A DNA stretch of 64,000 nt. Source: Polyangiales bacterium. GTDB lineage: Bacteria > Myxococcota_A > Polyangia > Polyangiales > Polyangiaceae. Shown here piece by piece: positions 47,997 to 57,722 of the stretch. Where the stretch lies: NCBI GenBank assembly GCA_038230375.1, contig JBBRNJ010000013.1, positions 32,001-96,000 on the forward strand, given 5' to 3'. A model generated the notes under the pieces. That model ran no database searches. It was not told the DNA's origin and worked only from the letters and a program-made list of their open reading frames with translations. Positions within the stretch are counted from its first letter, which is position 1; each line of letters begins with the position of its first letter. The position numbers were made by a program, and so were the translations under genes.

Positions 47997-49232
47997 ATGG
48001 CTCGCTCTTCTTTCTTCTGGGTGACAGCAACGGGCTTCGCGATCGCGTTTGGTTGCGCCACGGGCACGCCGCTCGCGACCGACGGCGATCGAAACGCAGA
48101 TGCCGGCGACGACGCAGGGGCCTCGCCGTGCACCCCGAACGGCCCGGAGATCTGCGACGGCCTGGACAACGACTGCAACGGCATGATCGACGAGGGCTTC
48201 GATCAGGACAAGGACACCTACTTTCAGTGCCAGCGCGGCGCGTTGCCCCCGGACTGCAACGACAAGGATCCGAACGTCCATCCCAGCGCGACCGAGATAT
48301 GCAACGGCATCGACGACAACTGCGACGGCACGGTGGACGAGGGCTTCGACAAGGACAATGACCACTTCTTCGCGTGCCCGCACCCACTGAGCGACGGCGG
48401 CACATCACCGAAGGACTGCGACGACAACGACGTGAACGTGTACCCGGGCGCGCTCGAGACCTGCGACAAGAAGGACAACGACTGCAACGGCAAGGCCGAC
48501 GACATCCCCGCACAGGTCACGCTGAACGACACGTTCCAACCCGCCGTGGACCCGCACTGGGTTCCTCAGGGTGTTGCGAACATCAATCAGACCTTGGCGG
48601 GCTGGGCGCGGCTCACGCCGAACGTCACCGGGCAAGGCGGCGCGCTCTGGTGGAACACGTCGCAGGACAATTTCACGTTCGATCATTTTCGAATGGATTG
48701 CACGATCCGGATCGTACGAAACCCCATCAACCAGGGCGCGGACGGCATGGCGTTCGTCTGGGTACCCGAGGCCAACGCCGACGCTGGTGCGCCCGGTGTG
48801 GGCCTCCCCGGCGGAGGGTTTGGCCTGCTGAATCTCGGTGGGTACGGCGTGGCGCTCGATTCGTACATGAACGACGGCACGGAGCCAACGCCGCCATTCA
48901 CCGCCGTGGTCAGTGGCACCAGCGGGATGCATCTGATCCGGAACACGACTCCGCTCGGCGCAACAGCGCCGCTCCTGGATGGCAACCCGCACGCGCTGAG
49001 CGTGACGCTCGTCACGAGCAACATCGCGCTCGGCGACGGTGGGCTAGAGCCTCAGTCCGCGGTGACCGTCACGATCGACGGCACCGTCTTCATCAACCAG
49101 TTCGTCATCCCTGGATACACGCCGTATCGGGGCAAGTGGGGCTTCACTGCAGCCACCGGCGGCCTCAGCGAAGAGCACTACGTGACAAACGTGTCGATGC
49201 GGTTCCCCGACGGCCAAGGCTGCATTCAGTAG
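47997..49232 (+). CDS. Lipoprotein with putative metal-binding (MopE-type) repeats and an L-type lectin domain
   Basis: Three E.C(D/N).xDN(D/N)C(N/D)G repeats. ARLT...GGALW, GADGMAF, VALDSY and WGFTAATGG (legume-lectin motifs). Confidence 0.83.
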   Translation: MARSSFFWVTATGFAIAFGCATGTPLATDGDRNADAGDDAGASPCTPNGPEICDGLDNDCNGMIDEGFDQDKDTYFQCQRGALPPDCNDKDPNVHPSATEICNGIDDNCDGTVDEGFDKDNDHFFACPHPLSDGGTSPKDCDDNDVNVYPGALETCDKKDNDCNGKADDIPAQVTLNDTFQPAVDPHWVPQGVANINQTLAGWARLTPNVTGQGGALWWNTSQDNFTFDHFRMDCTIRIVRNPINQGADGMAFVWVPEANADAGAPGVGLPGGGFGLLNLGGYGVALDSYMNDGTEPTPPFTAVVSGTSGMHLIRNTTPLGATAPLLDGNPHALSVTLVTSNIALGDGGLEPQSAVTVTIDGTVFINQFVIPGYTPYRGKWGFTAATGGLSEEHYVTNVSMRFPDGQGCIQ

Positions 49233-49284
49233 CCGCGTCCCGTAGCCAGCGTCCCCGTAGCCAATACCGTCTATGCTGGGCCTC

Positions 49285-50523
49285 ATGGCGAAACCTGCCC
49301 GCAGCGCTGCCCTCGTGACCGGGATGGTCGTTCTCCTCGTTGGATGTGAGAAGCAGAAAGAGCCCGCAGTTCCGCTCGCCGGCCCCAGCACGGGCGAGGC
49401 CTTCGGAGGTACGCAATGCAGCTCCGTGCGGCCGCAGACCGAGCCGGATCTCATGGCGTGGGACTCCGGCTCGCGAGCGACGCTTCGAAGCATCAAGGAG
49501 CAGGGCGTGGTGGTCGTGCACTACGAGGCGCAGGGCTGCAACGTGCAGCTCCACGTCCTGCCGAACTGCGTGGCAAAAGGTACGTATGCGTTCTCACCGT
49601 ACAGCGCGACCGAGACCAAGATGGCGCGCAACGCGAACGAGCTCTACGCAGAGCTGCCCGTGGGTGCCGCCAAGCTCGCCGCAAAGCTCCAGGGCTCGCA
49701 CGTCATCCGCACCGACTACATGATGGCCGGCGTCGAGGCGGTGAAGATCGGCTCCACCTTCAAGCCCGACGAGCTGATCGGCGAGTGCAGCGACGCCACC
49801 CACGTGGTCAGCAAGATCTACGTCGGCGGGTTCGCGCTCGCGGCCGGAGAGGCGCGGCTTCTGGAGGGCGGAGCAAGCGTCTTCGTGATGCCGGCGATCA
49901 GCGTGGGAGGCGGCGCCAAGACAGAGAGCTCCGTGGAGCACCTGCAGCGCGAAGGCGTCGCGAAGGCATGCGAGGAGGCGCAGGAAAAGGGAGCGCAGAG
50001 CCCGCAGTGCGCCGTGCCGCTCCGCATCGCGCTCATGGCGATCGCAGCGCCTGCGGTCGCGTCCATACCAGCTGCTCCGACGAGCACTACCAGCACTGCG
50101 AGCCCCACGACGCCCACCACTGGCAATACGTCCGCACCGCCATCACGGCTGGCGCAGCTGCAGCTGTCGCCCGTGTCCCCCACGAAGCAAGCGACCCATC
50201 ATTCGATCCACTTCGCTGCAGACTCGGAGAAGGTGGAAGAGGTGGGTACGCTCATCCTCGATGACGTCGTCTCCATGATGCAGAAGAACCCTGCGCTGAA
50301 GGTGACGATAGACGGACACACGGACAACCAGGAGGCTTCGCAGCAGGCCTTCGCGATGTCCACCCTGTCCCAGCATCGCGCGCAGTCGGTGCTGAAATAT
50401 CTGGTGGCCAAAGGCATCTCGGCCGACCGTTTGACACTGAAGCCGCACGGCCCTCTGGAGCCGCAATGTTCGAACGCCGACGACAAGGGCCGCGCGTGTA
50501 ATCGTCGCGTGGAGATCTACTGA
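49285..50523 (+). CDS. OmpA-family lipoprotein with an uncharacterised N-terminal domain
   Basis: Lipobox LVGC, IHF, IDGHTDN, LSQHRAQSV and NRRVEI. TATGCT lies 7 nt upstream. Confidence 0.82.
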   Translation: MAKPARSAALVTGMVVLLVGCEKQKEPAVPLAGPSTGEAFGGTQCSSVRPQTEPDLMAWDSGSRATLRSIKEQGVVVVHYEAQGCNVQLHVLPNCVAKGTYAFSPYSATETKMARNANELYAELPVGAAKLAAKLQGSHVIRTDYMMAGVEAVKIGSTFKPDELIGECSDATHVVSKIYVGGFALAAGEARLLEGGASVFVMPAISVGGGAKTESSVEHLQREGVAKACEEAQEKGAQSPQCAVPLRIALMAIAAPAVASIPAAPTSTTSTASPTTPTTGNTSAPPSRLAQLQLSPVSPTKQATHHSIHFAADSEKVEEVGTLILDDVVSMMQKNPALKVTIDGHTDNQEASQQAFAMSTLSQHRAQSVLKYLVAKGISADRLTLKPHGPLEPQCSNADDKGRACNRRVEIY

Positions 50524-50606
50524 GCCGTCAGCGCGCGAGGCGGGAACCTGCGCCTTCGCCGGGGGTGTAAGGTCTGACCCGCGCCATGCGTTGTGATCGC
50601 TGCAAA

Positions 50607-52718
50607 ATGACCGCCGCCAAGATTGCTTTGCTGGTGCTCGCGCTCTCGGCGAGCGCCGCGGCGTGTGTCTCCACGACGCCGCCACGGTTCACGCCTCCGC
50701 ACCGAATCCCCTTCGCCGAGCTCACTTGTGGGACGCGCGACGGGACCGCGACCTGCGCGTTCGTCGATCGCAACGTCGCTTGCTGCGCGGTGCAGGCCGA
50801 CGGTACCGAGGCCTCATGGCGATGCGCCACGGACGTCGTGGGCACGCTTCACTGGTCGGGGGTACCCGAGCCGATCCCCGGCTTGATCGGCGCGGTCGAG
50901 GTCGACGTCGGGCGCATCCACACCTGTGCACGCATGATCGACGGCACCGTTCGCTGCGTCGGCTCCGACATGCACGGCGCCCTGGGGCGGGGAACGTACC
51001 GCGCGATGGACGCGATCACCGCCTTCGGCACATGGGCGCCCAACAGCAAGAGCGTGGGCGTGACCCGCGAGGGCGTGAACGGCGATCACGTCTGCGGGCT
51101 GATGGGCGACGGCGCGGTGCACTGCGCGCCCGCCTCGAAGGGCCTGCACGGCCCCGACTGCGCCGCCGAGGCGCGCGGTGATGGCGTCGGCGTGGTGTGC
51201 AACGGTCTCGTCGCCGCGGGCCTCTGTCGCATGTCTCCGGTGGCGCTCACCATCCCCGGTCTCCACGACGTCGCGGCGATCTCGGGCGACTGCGCGATCA
51301 TGCGCGACCGCAGCGTTCGGTGCTGGGGTGACAACGGCACCGGCCAGATCCACCTCCCCGAGAGCGACGGAATCCCGGTGCCCACGAGCGTTCCGCAGCT
51401 CCACGACGTGCGGCAGATCGACGGCGACTGCGCGGTGATCGAGAGCACCGGCAAGCCCGATTGCTTTCGCCAGCACCGCAACTACGTCGAGCACGCCGAC
51501 GTCGCGAGTGCGCTCGCGCTCGTGGACTCGCTCACGGACGTCGAGGAGCTCCGAATGGACGCCGGGGGCTTCGGCTGCGCGCGCGCCGGCGGCAAGGTGC
51601 GCTGCTGGGGCGACAACTCGGTGGGCCAGCTCGGTCGCGGCACCCACGACCGCGAGCTCCACCCGCCGGCGAACGTTCCCGGCCTCGACGGCACGACGCA
51701 GCTCGCGGGAGACGGCGCCACGCGGTGCGCCTTGCGCGCGGGCCACGTCTACTGCTGGGGGAGAAAGCACAACGGAAGCGACGACAACGACCCGAGCAAC
51801 ATGGACCTGACACCGCGCGAGATCGCGGGTCTCCCGGAGGTGAAGCGCATCGCGATGAGCGGCGGCGCGACCTGCGTGATCGCACACGATGACAGCGTGT
51901 GGTGCTGGGGAAGGAGCCCGAATCGCAAGCAGGCCGAGCCGAGGAGCGTGATCGCGAAGGAGCCTCTGCGCATCGAAGAGTTCGGCCGCGTCGCCCGTCT
52001 CCGCGGCGGCGCCGGGTTCTGCGCGATCGACTTCGAAACGCGGGTGATCTGCTGGGGCGGGGCCTTCGGTGAGCCGGATCGCGTCACCGGCACCAGAAGC
52101 CCGCGCGCCTCGTTCGCTTTCGGCGACGACGACCTTCTCCCGCCGCGCCACACGACGCCACCGCGACTGGTCTGCGACAGCACGACCTTGTTCTGCATTG
52201 GAGACTACTGCTTCGAGAGCGAGGACGCGTGCCTGGACGCGCGCGCGGCGGGGCGGTCGCGGGCACCGTGCATCATGCAGGCGAAGCACACCTTCACGCG
52301 CGAGGTCCGTCACGGCGAGCGGACGCCAGACCCTTGCATGTGTACTGGCGACAAGTGCGTCACGGTCCCCTCTCGATTCGAGTGCGCGCCGGTCGATCCG
52401 GAGGACGACCGAGTCATCCCGATCGCCGCGCGCGCAAAGTTCTGCGAGGCCCACCCCGGCACCAGCACGCCGGTCCCGCCCGCCCCGCGCTCGACCCACC
52501 GTGGCCGCTATTGCGCCCACTGGACGAACCGCGAGATCGAGGACTGCGGGTGCCACGTACCCGTACCGCCCCACCTCGACTCCTGCCGCTGCCCGACGAT
52601 CGATGCGCCAGAGCAGGGCTGCTTCCTCTCGCTCGCGGAGTGCGAGGCCGCGCGTGCGCACTCGTCGACGCCGCATTCCTCGTCCACCGACCCAGCCTGC
52701 GTCACCATCGAACCGTGA
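50607..52718 (+). CDS. RCC1-repeat lipoprotein with a Cys-rich C-terminal extension
   Basis: Lipobox AAAC, VRCWGDN..GQLG repeats, and CFESEDAC / CFLSLAEC units. Confidence 0.83.
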   Translation: MTAAKIALLVLALSASAAACVSTTPPRFTPPHRIPFAELTCGTRDGTATCAFVDRNVACCAVQADGTEASWRCATDVVGTLHWSGVPEPIPGLIGAVEVDVGRIHTCARMIDGTVRCVGSDMHGALGRGTYRAMDAITAFGTWAPNSKSVGVTREGVNGDHVCGLMGDGAVHCAPASKGLHGPDCAAEARGDGVGVVCNGLVAAGLCRMSPVALTIPGLHDVAAISGDCAIMRDRSVRCWGDNGTGQIHLPESDGIPVPTSVPQLHDVRQIDGDCAVIESTGKPDCFRQHRNYVEHADVASALALVDSLTDVEELRMDAGGFGCARAGGKVRCWGDNSVGQLGRGTHDRELHPPANVPGLDGTTQLAGDGATRCALRAGHVYCWGRKHNGSDDNDPSNMDLTPREIAGLPEVKRIAMSGGATCVIAHDDSVWCWGRSPNRKQAEPRSVIAKEPLRIEEFGRVARLRGGAGFCAIDFETRVICWGGAFGEPDRVTGTRSPRASFAFGDDDLLPPRHTTPPRLVCDSTTLFCIGDYCFESEDACLDARAAGRSRAPCIMQAKHTFTREVRHGERTPDPCMCTGDKCVTVPSRFECAPVDPEDDRVIPIAARAKFCEAHPGTSTPVPPAPRSTHRGRYCAHWTNREIEDCGCHVPVPPHLDSCRCPTIDAPEQGCFLSLAECEAARAHSSTPHSSSTDPACVTIEP

Positions 52719-52722
52719 TCCG

Positions 52723-53967
52723 TCAGCGCGCGAGGCGGTAGACTGCGCCTTCGCCTTGCACTGTCCAGTAGACGGCCGTCTGGTCCATGACGAGCACGCG
52801 CGGGTTCTGATCCGACGTGGCGACGATCTCGCCGTTCGCGACTGCGCACTGCACGGCGCCGCTCGCGTCGATGGCGCAGCGGCGAATGCTCCCGTCCTTG
52901 AACGAGTTGCCGCTCGTTCCCAGGTCGAGCCAGTAGAGGTCCTTGTCGTCCGCGGCGATCGAATACACCTGCGACTGCATCTGCGCGGCCCCCGAGGCGC
53001 TCGTTCCGCCCTTCGCCGCCTGGTAGAGGATGTCGTAGCCGCTGATGAAGACGCTCTTCGTGTTGCCGCCGAGCGCCTCCGACGCGTTCAGGCCGGTGAC
53101 GAAATCCTTGAGCGTGGCCGCGCAGCCACCGACGGCCGTGGTGCAGAAGCGCACGGAGGTCTTGCTCTCGCCGCCCCAGTAGAGGTACGTGCCGGTCACG
53201 AACGTGTTGTCGGTGTTCGGCTCGTTGGCGGAGAGGATGGTCGCATTCGCGCCAGACGCGCTCCGCGCCACGCTGCCGACCTGCACCGGTGAGAGGTAAG
53301 TCAGCGCGAAGTACACGTTGATGTTGTCCATCGAGAGACCACGCGGGATGGACGCATCCTCCATGAGCGCGCGCCGATTGCCGCCGTCCGGCGAGATGGT
53401 CTCCAGAGCGCCCCTGCTGCCGCTCGAGCTGGAGCCCCACGAGAAGAACACGCCGTTGGAATCCGCGACCACGTCGTAGACCAGCGGATCCGCCGTGTCG
53501 GCGATCTTCGTCGCGGTGGATGGCGCGGGGGCGTTCTTCGCCATCGTGTACACCGCACCAGCGTTGATGTCGGTGAAGTAGATGTTCGTCCCGTCGACCG
53601 CGAGCCCGTAGGTGGCGAGCGCTCCGGAGAAGAGCTTCGCGGGCTGGCACTTGCTCGCCGTGCACGCGCCGCCCATGCAGTCGTGAGCGCAGCGGCCGCA
53701 GTTCTTCTGGTCCGTCGTGAGATCTGCGCCGGGGCATGTCAGGGCGCCGTCGAGCGACGAGCCATCCGTGCTCATCATGCCCGCGTCCTTGTCCCCGCTG
53801 GACTGGCCGTCCACTGTCGTGGGCCCGCTGTCCGTCCCGCCACCCGCGGCGTCCGCGTCGTAGGCGAGATCCCGGGTCCCGATGATCGCGTTGCACGCGA
53901 CGAGGCAAGCAACGGCGGTGACACCGAGCACGCTCGCGACCCTGACTCTGCTCCGCGCTCGCAACAT
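52723..53967 (-). CDS. Lipoprotein with a Cys-rich module and a beta-propeller (LAVD...YW repeats)
   Basis: Lipobox LVAC-NAIIG, TDQKNCGRCAHDC, and LAVDGTNIYF / IAADDKDLYW / VMDQTAVYW. Confidence 0.8.
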   Translation of the reverse strand: MLRARSRVRVASVLGVTAVACLVACNAIIGTRDLAYDADAAGGGTDSGPTTVDGQSSGDKDAGMMSTDGSSLDGALTCPGADLTTDQKNCGRCAHDCMGGACTASKCQPAKLFSGALATYGLAVDGTNIYFTDINAGAVYTMAKNAPAPSTATKIADTADPLVYDVVADSNGVFFSWGSSSSGSRGALETISPDGGNRRALMEDASIPRGLSMDNINVYFALTYLSPVQVGSVARSASGANATILSANEPNTDNTFVTGTYLYWGGESKTSVRFCTTAVGGCAATLKDFVTGLNASEALGGNTKSVFISGYDILYQAAKGGTSASGAAQMQSQVYSIAADDKDLYWLDLGTSGNSFKDGSIRRCAIDASGAVQCAVANGEIVATSDQNPRVLVMDQTAVYWTVQGEGAVYRLAR

Positions 53968-54029
53968 GGCAGCCTCAGAATACAGCCTTTTGCTCGGTCC
54001 AACCAGATCTCGGTGCTAGTTTGGCGCGC

Positions 54030-55286
54030 ATGTCGAAGCGGCTCGTCACCATCACCACCACCACCGCCCTCACCGCCATCCTTGGCTCCGGTTTCGCGCT
54101 TGTCGCCGCTTGCTCCAGCTCGAGCACCACCGCATCCGTTGCCGACAGCGGCGCCCTTGATGGCGGAGACCTCGTCGCGGATGGCAGCGGTCCTGCGGAT
54201 GCGGGCGCCGCCGACGGTGCTGTCCAGCCTCTCAACTGGACGTGGCAGAGCGTGGCCGGTGCGAAGTGCCGCGACGGTTCGGACACGGGCATTGCAGTGA
54301 ACCTGAGCCCTGGCTCCACGAAGACAGTGATCTTCCTGGAGGGCGGCGGCGCATGCTTCACGCCCAGCTTCTGCTCCATGAACCCATCCAAGTTCGGCCC
54401 GGCCGACCTCACCGCCAGCATTGCAGCTGGAGGGCCCGCGGGCTCCGGCGGCGGCAAGAGCGGCACGGCCTTCGGTATCCTGTCACGCAAGGACATGAAG
54501 AACCCGGTCCGCGACTGGAACATGATCTACATCCCGTACTGCACGGGCGACATCCACGGCGGCGCCAACCCCACTGGGATGGTGGCCGGCGTGTCAGGCA
54601 CCCAGATGTTCGTGGGGCGCAACAACATCGCGCTCGACCTGGACGCGCTCAAGTCGCTGACGCCAGGTACCACGGAGGTCTTCCTCACGGGCGCGAGCGC
54701 GGGCGGCTTTGGCGCGGCGCTGTCCTACGATCAGGTCGCCACGTTCTACGGGCAAGTGCCGGTGACCTTGATCGACGACTCCGGTCCGCCGATGGCCGAT
54801 CCATTCCTGGCCTCGTGCCTCCAGACCAAGCTCGCCGCGCTGTGGGGCCTGGACAAGGGAGTCCTTGCCGACTGCGGCGACGACTGCAAGGCGGACGGTG
54901 GCATCGACACGGATCACTGGGCCATCAACGCCATGAAGCACATCGGCAAGAAGTATCCGATGCGGCGCCTGGGCCTGATCGAGTCCACGGGAGACCTCAC
55001 CATCTCTGCGTTCTACGGCTCGGGCTACATGAACTGCACCAGCTCCTTCCCGGAGCTCGAGCCCGACTTCACGGACGGGCTGTTCGACATCCGAACGCAG
55101 ATGGCATTCGATCCGAACTTTGGAACGTTCTACTTCGGCGGCCCCGATCACCAGAGCCACACGTCTTACGAGAACGCCCTGGACACGCGCATGAGCACGA
55201 ACCAGATGGATGGCGGCGCTCCCGTTTCACTCGCGGATTGGACCGCGCAGATGCTGAGCGGCAACGTGACGAACGTCGGCCCGTGA
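54030..55286 (+). CDS. Pectin acetylesterase/Notum-family hydrolase, lipoprotein
   Basis: AKCRDGS, FLEGGGAC, NP..DWN.IYIPYCTGD and GASAGG. Lipobox VAAC. TAGTTT lies 7 nt upstream. Confidence 0.88.
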   Translation: MSKRLVTITTTTALTAILGSGFALVAACSSSSTTASVADSGALDGGDLVADGSGPADAGAADGAVQPLNWTWQSVAGAKCRDGSDTGIAVNLSPGSTKTVIFLEGGGACFTPSFCSMNPSKFGPADLTASIAAGGPAGSGGGKSGTAFGILSRKDMKNPVRDWNMIYIPYCTGDIHGGANPTGMVAGVSGTQMFVGRNNIALDLDALKSLTPGTTEVFLTGASAGGFGAALSYDQVATFYGQVPVTLIDDSGPPMADPFLASCLQTKLAALWGLDKGVLADCGDDCKADGGIDTDHWAINAMKHIGKKYPMRRLGLIESTGDLTISAFYGSGYMNCTSSFPELEPDFTDGLFDIRTQMAFDPNFGTFYFGGPDHQSHTSYENALDTRMSTNQMDGGAPVSLADWTAQMLSGNVTNVGP

Positions 55287-56138
55287 TGGCGCGCGCTTTG
55301 GCAGCGTGACGGGCTCCGTGTCCGTGGAGCCCAGTGCGCGGACGAGCGCAGCAGTGAAGGCCTCCGGCTCGTCGTGATGTGGATAGTGGCCCGCGTTCGC
55401 GAAGCGGACCAGGCGCGCGCCCACGACCTCCTCGCAGACGCGTTCGGCCTGCGAGACCGGCAGCACCTGATCGCGGTCGCCCCAGAAGAGGGTCATGGGC
55501 GGCACGAAGGGCGCGTCGTACGCGCGATCCAGGAAGTGACGCACCTGTCCGCGGAATCGGACCACGTCACGCACGGTGCGTGACAGGGCGCGCGCCGTGC
55601 CGGGCCGCGAGTTCGCCTTTGCACGATCGGCGAGGTCCGTGTTGTCACGGCCACCGAGCGGCGCCGTCGCGTACATGAGCGGCACGAGAAACGACTGACC
55701 GAAGAGCGGCCATACCCACGGCACCGACACCAGGCGGACCGCAAGGTTCACCTCCTTGCCGAAGCCGCCCGGCGCGATGAGCGCAAGGTGGTCGATACGC
55801 GACGCGTGCGTGAGCGAGAGCATCTGCGCGACCCCGCCACCATACGAGTGACCCAGGACCGCGAAGCGATCGATGCCGATCGCGTCGATGAACGCCCCGA
55901 GTAGCTTCGCGTTCCAGTCAAGCGTGTAGTCTACATCTGGTCGCGCAGAGAATCCGTGGCCGGGCAGGTCGACCGCGACGACGCGATACCCGCGCTCGGC
56001 GAGCAGCGGCGTGATCGGCGCCCACGTGCGATGCCAATCCGTGAGGCCGTGCACGAGCACCACGGTGGGGCCGCTGCCCGTCTCCTCCCAGTGGAGCTCC
56101 ACGCCAGAGACCTTGGTGAGGTGCGTATGCGAGCGCAT
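55227..56138 (-). CDS. Alpha/beta fold hydrolase
   Basis: LVHG, DLPGHGFS, GHSYGG, WGDRD and AGHYPH. Confidence 0.9.
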   Translation of the reverse strand: MRSHTHLTKVSGVELHWEETGSGPTVVLVHGLTDWHRTWAPITPLLAERGYRVVAVDLPGHGFSARPDVDYTLDWNAKLLGAFIDAIGIDRFAVLGHSYGGGVAQMLSLTHASRIDHLALIAPGGFGKEVNLAVRLVSVPWVWPLFGQSFLVPLMYATAPLGGRDNTDLADRAKANSRPGTARALSRTVRDVVRFRGQVRHFLDRAYDAPFVPPMTLFWGDRDQVLPVSQAERVCEEVVGARLVRFANAGHYPHHDEPEAFTAALVRALGSTDTEPVTLPKRAPSRADVRHVAAQHLRGPIRE

Positions 56139-56183
56139 CGAACGAATGGCCCAGATAGCACGTCGCAGCCGTGCCGCAACAGC

Positions 56184-56879
56184 TCAGCGGGACTGCTTCG
56201 CGGCAGCAACGGCCTGCGCCAGGAGCTCGTCCTCGGTCGCGCTCGGATTGGTCGCGGTGTTCGGCGTTCCGCAGTAGCCGTCCCACGCGCAGCCAAGGCT
56301 GCGATCGCAGTCGCGGTCGATCTTGCACGCCGGCCGCTGCGAACGCATCGCCGGACAGCCCGGGAAATCCGGAGGGCAGTCCGCGGGGTCGTGACAGCGA
56401 ACCGCGGGGGCATTGCCGTCGAGCGACCGTGGCCCCTCCGGCAACGAACGCACGATCGTTGCGACGTGCGGCCACTCCGGTGAGGCGCTACCAAGGACCG
56501 GCTCGCCCGCGCCATCCATCGCCAGGAAGTAGTAGCGCGTGTCGCCGGTGACGGTGCTGATGTCGCGGCAGGAGATCTCGCCCTGCCAAGACTCACCGGC
56601 GCGCACAAGATTCAGCGCGTGAAACTGCCCCGTCCCCCACGTGCGATAGAGCACGATCACGCGCGATGCGGCATAGCGCGCAGGAAGGCGCACGCGAATG
56701 GGTAGCGCCACCAGGATCTCCTGCTCCGGTACGTACTCCACGACCACGTCCGGCGGCGGTGCCTCGACGGGTGCAGAGACCTGCCGCGTACACGCCCCGA
56801 GCGCGGAGACCGCGAGGATCGAAAGTGCGAGCACGCCCGCCGACGTAGATCGCCCCCGAGAAAGACCGGCCGTTGTCAT
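56184..56879 (-). CDS. Hypothetical lipoprotein (Ig-like domain + Cys-rich tail)
   Basis: Lipobox LGAC, VLYR...RYYFLA.D..G...GS...PH, and DCPPDFPGC. Confidence 0.7.
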   Translation of the reverse strand: MTTAGLSRGRSTSAGVLALSILAVSALGACTRQVSAPVEAPPPDVVVEYVPEQEILVALPIRVRLPARYAASRVIVLYRTWGTGQFHALNLVRAGESWQGEISCRDISTVTGDTRYYFLAMDGAGEPVLGSASPEWPHVATIVRSLPEGPRSLDGNAPAVRCHDPADCPPDFPGCPAMRSQRPACKIDRDCDRSLGCAWDGYCGTPNTATNPSATEDELLAQAVAAAKQSR

Positions 56880-57158
56880 GGTGCGTCTTTGACCCAGCTT
56901 CCACCGCGGCCTTTGGTCCGTCGCTGCGGTGAGAGCGTCCACTACTTCGCGACCGCGGTGCGCAGCGACACACTGCACGATGATTCTGCCAGCAGGACCC
57001 GCGGCGGTGGTGCAAATGAGTGAGAAGCGGCCGATCACACCTTGATGCGGCCGAAGCGGCGACCCCGCCATCTGCGCTGAATTTCCGTCGTTTTGCGCTG
57101 CGTGTCATCGACCCGAGACATGCTGCGGCGCTGGCACCCTGCTTGCTGCATGAGAGGC

Positions 57159-57722
57159 ATGCTCCGCAGGTTCCTCCGCTCTCTCGTGACTGCCTCCGCG
57201 TTCGCCACGCTCGTCTCCGCAGCGGGTGTGGCGTCCGCGGAGGACAGCGCTGAGCCCTCTCGTCCCGCCGCGGTCGAGCGCGCTCGCATCATCTCGTACG
57301 TGGCCATGTCTGCAGGCGCCGCTGCCATGGCCACCGGCGTGGGCCTCTATGCCGTGGGCAGCACCTCCATGCCTGATGGGTGTACTCTACAATCATGTGA
57401 CGTGCGACGCGCGAACGGCTACCTCAGCGACGCCACCACGCCGTGTGGGCGCGACCTTCGCGCCGATGGGTGCGTGGGTAGTCCCTACAACGTCAGTCGC
57501 CAGACCGAGGCAGGCAAGTCCGAGGCCATGAAGTCCGCCGGGCTGGTGACCACCGCGCTCGGCGCCGTCGCGGCCGCGGGCGGCTTCGTGCTCTGGCTTC
57601 GCACGCCGAGCGCAGCGCCGGCAAGTCCCGGCGAGCCCCGATCGAGCAGCGTCGCGAGCGCGCACATCGTCCCGGTCGTCGGCATCGGCTACGGCGGCGT
57701 TGGCCTCTCGGCAGATTTCTAG
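57159..57722 (+). CDS. Hypothetical secreted/membrane protein
   Basis: Signal peptide (ASA-E), two Gly/Ala-rich hydrophobic helices, and C-terminal IVPVVG..YGGVGLSADF. Confidence 0.68.
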   Translation: MLRRFLRSLVTASAFATLVSAAGVASAEDSAEPSRPAAVERARIISYVAMSAGAAAMATGVGLYAVGSTSMPDGCTLQSCDVRRANGYLSDATTPCGRDLRADGCVGSPYNVSRQTEAGKSEAMKSAGLVTTALGAVAAAGGFVLWLRTPSAAPASPGEPRSSSVASAHIVPVVGIGYGGVGLSADF

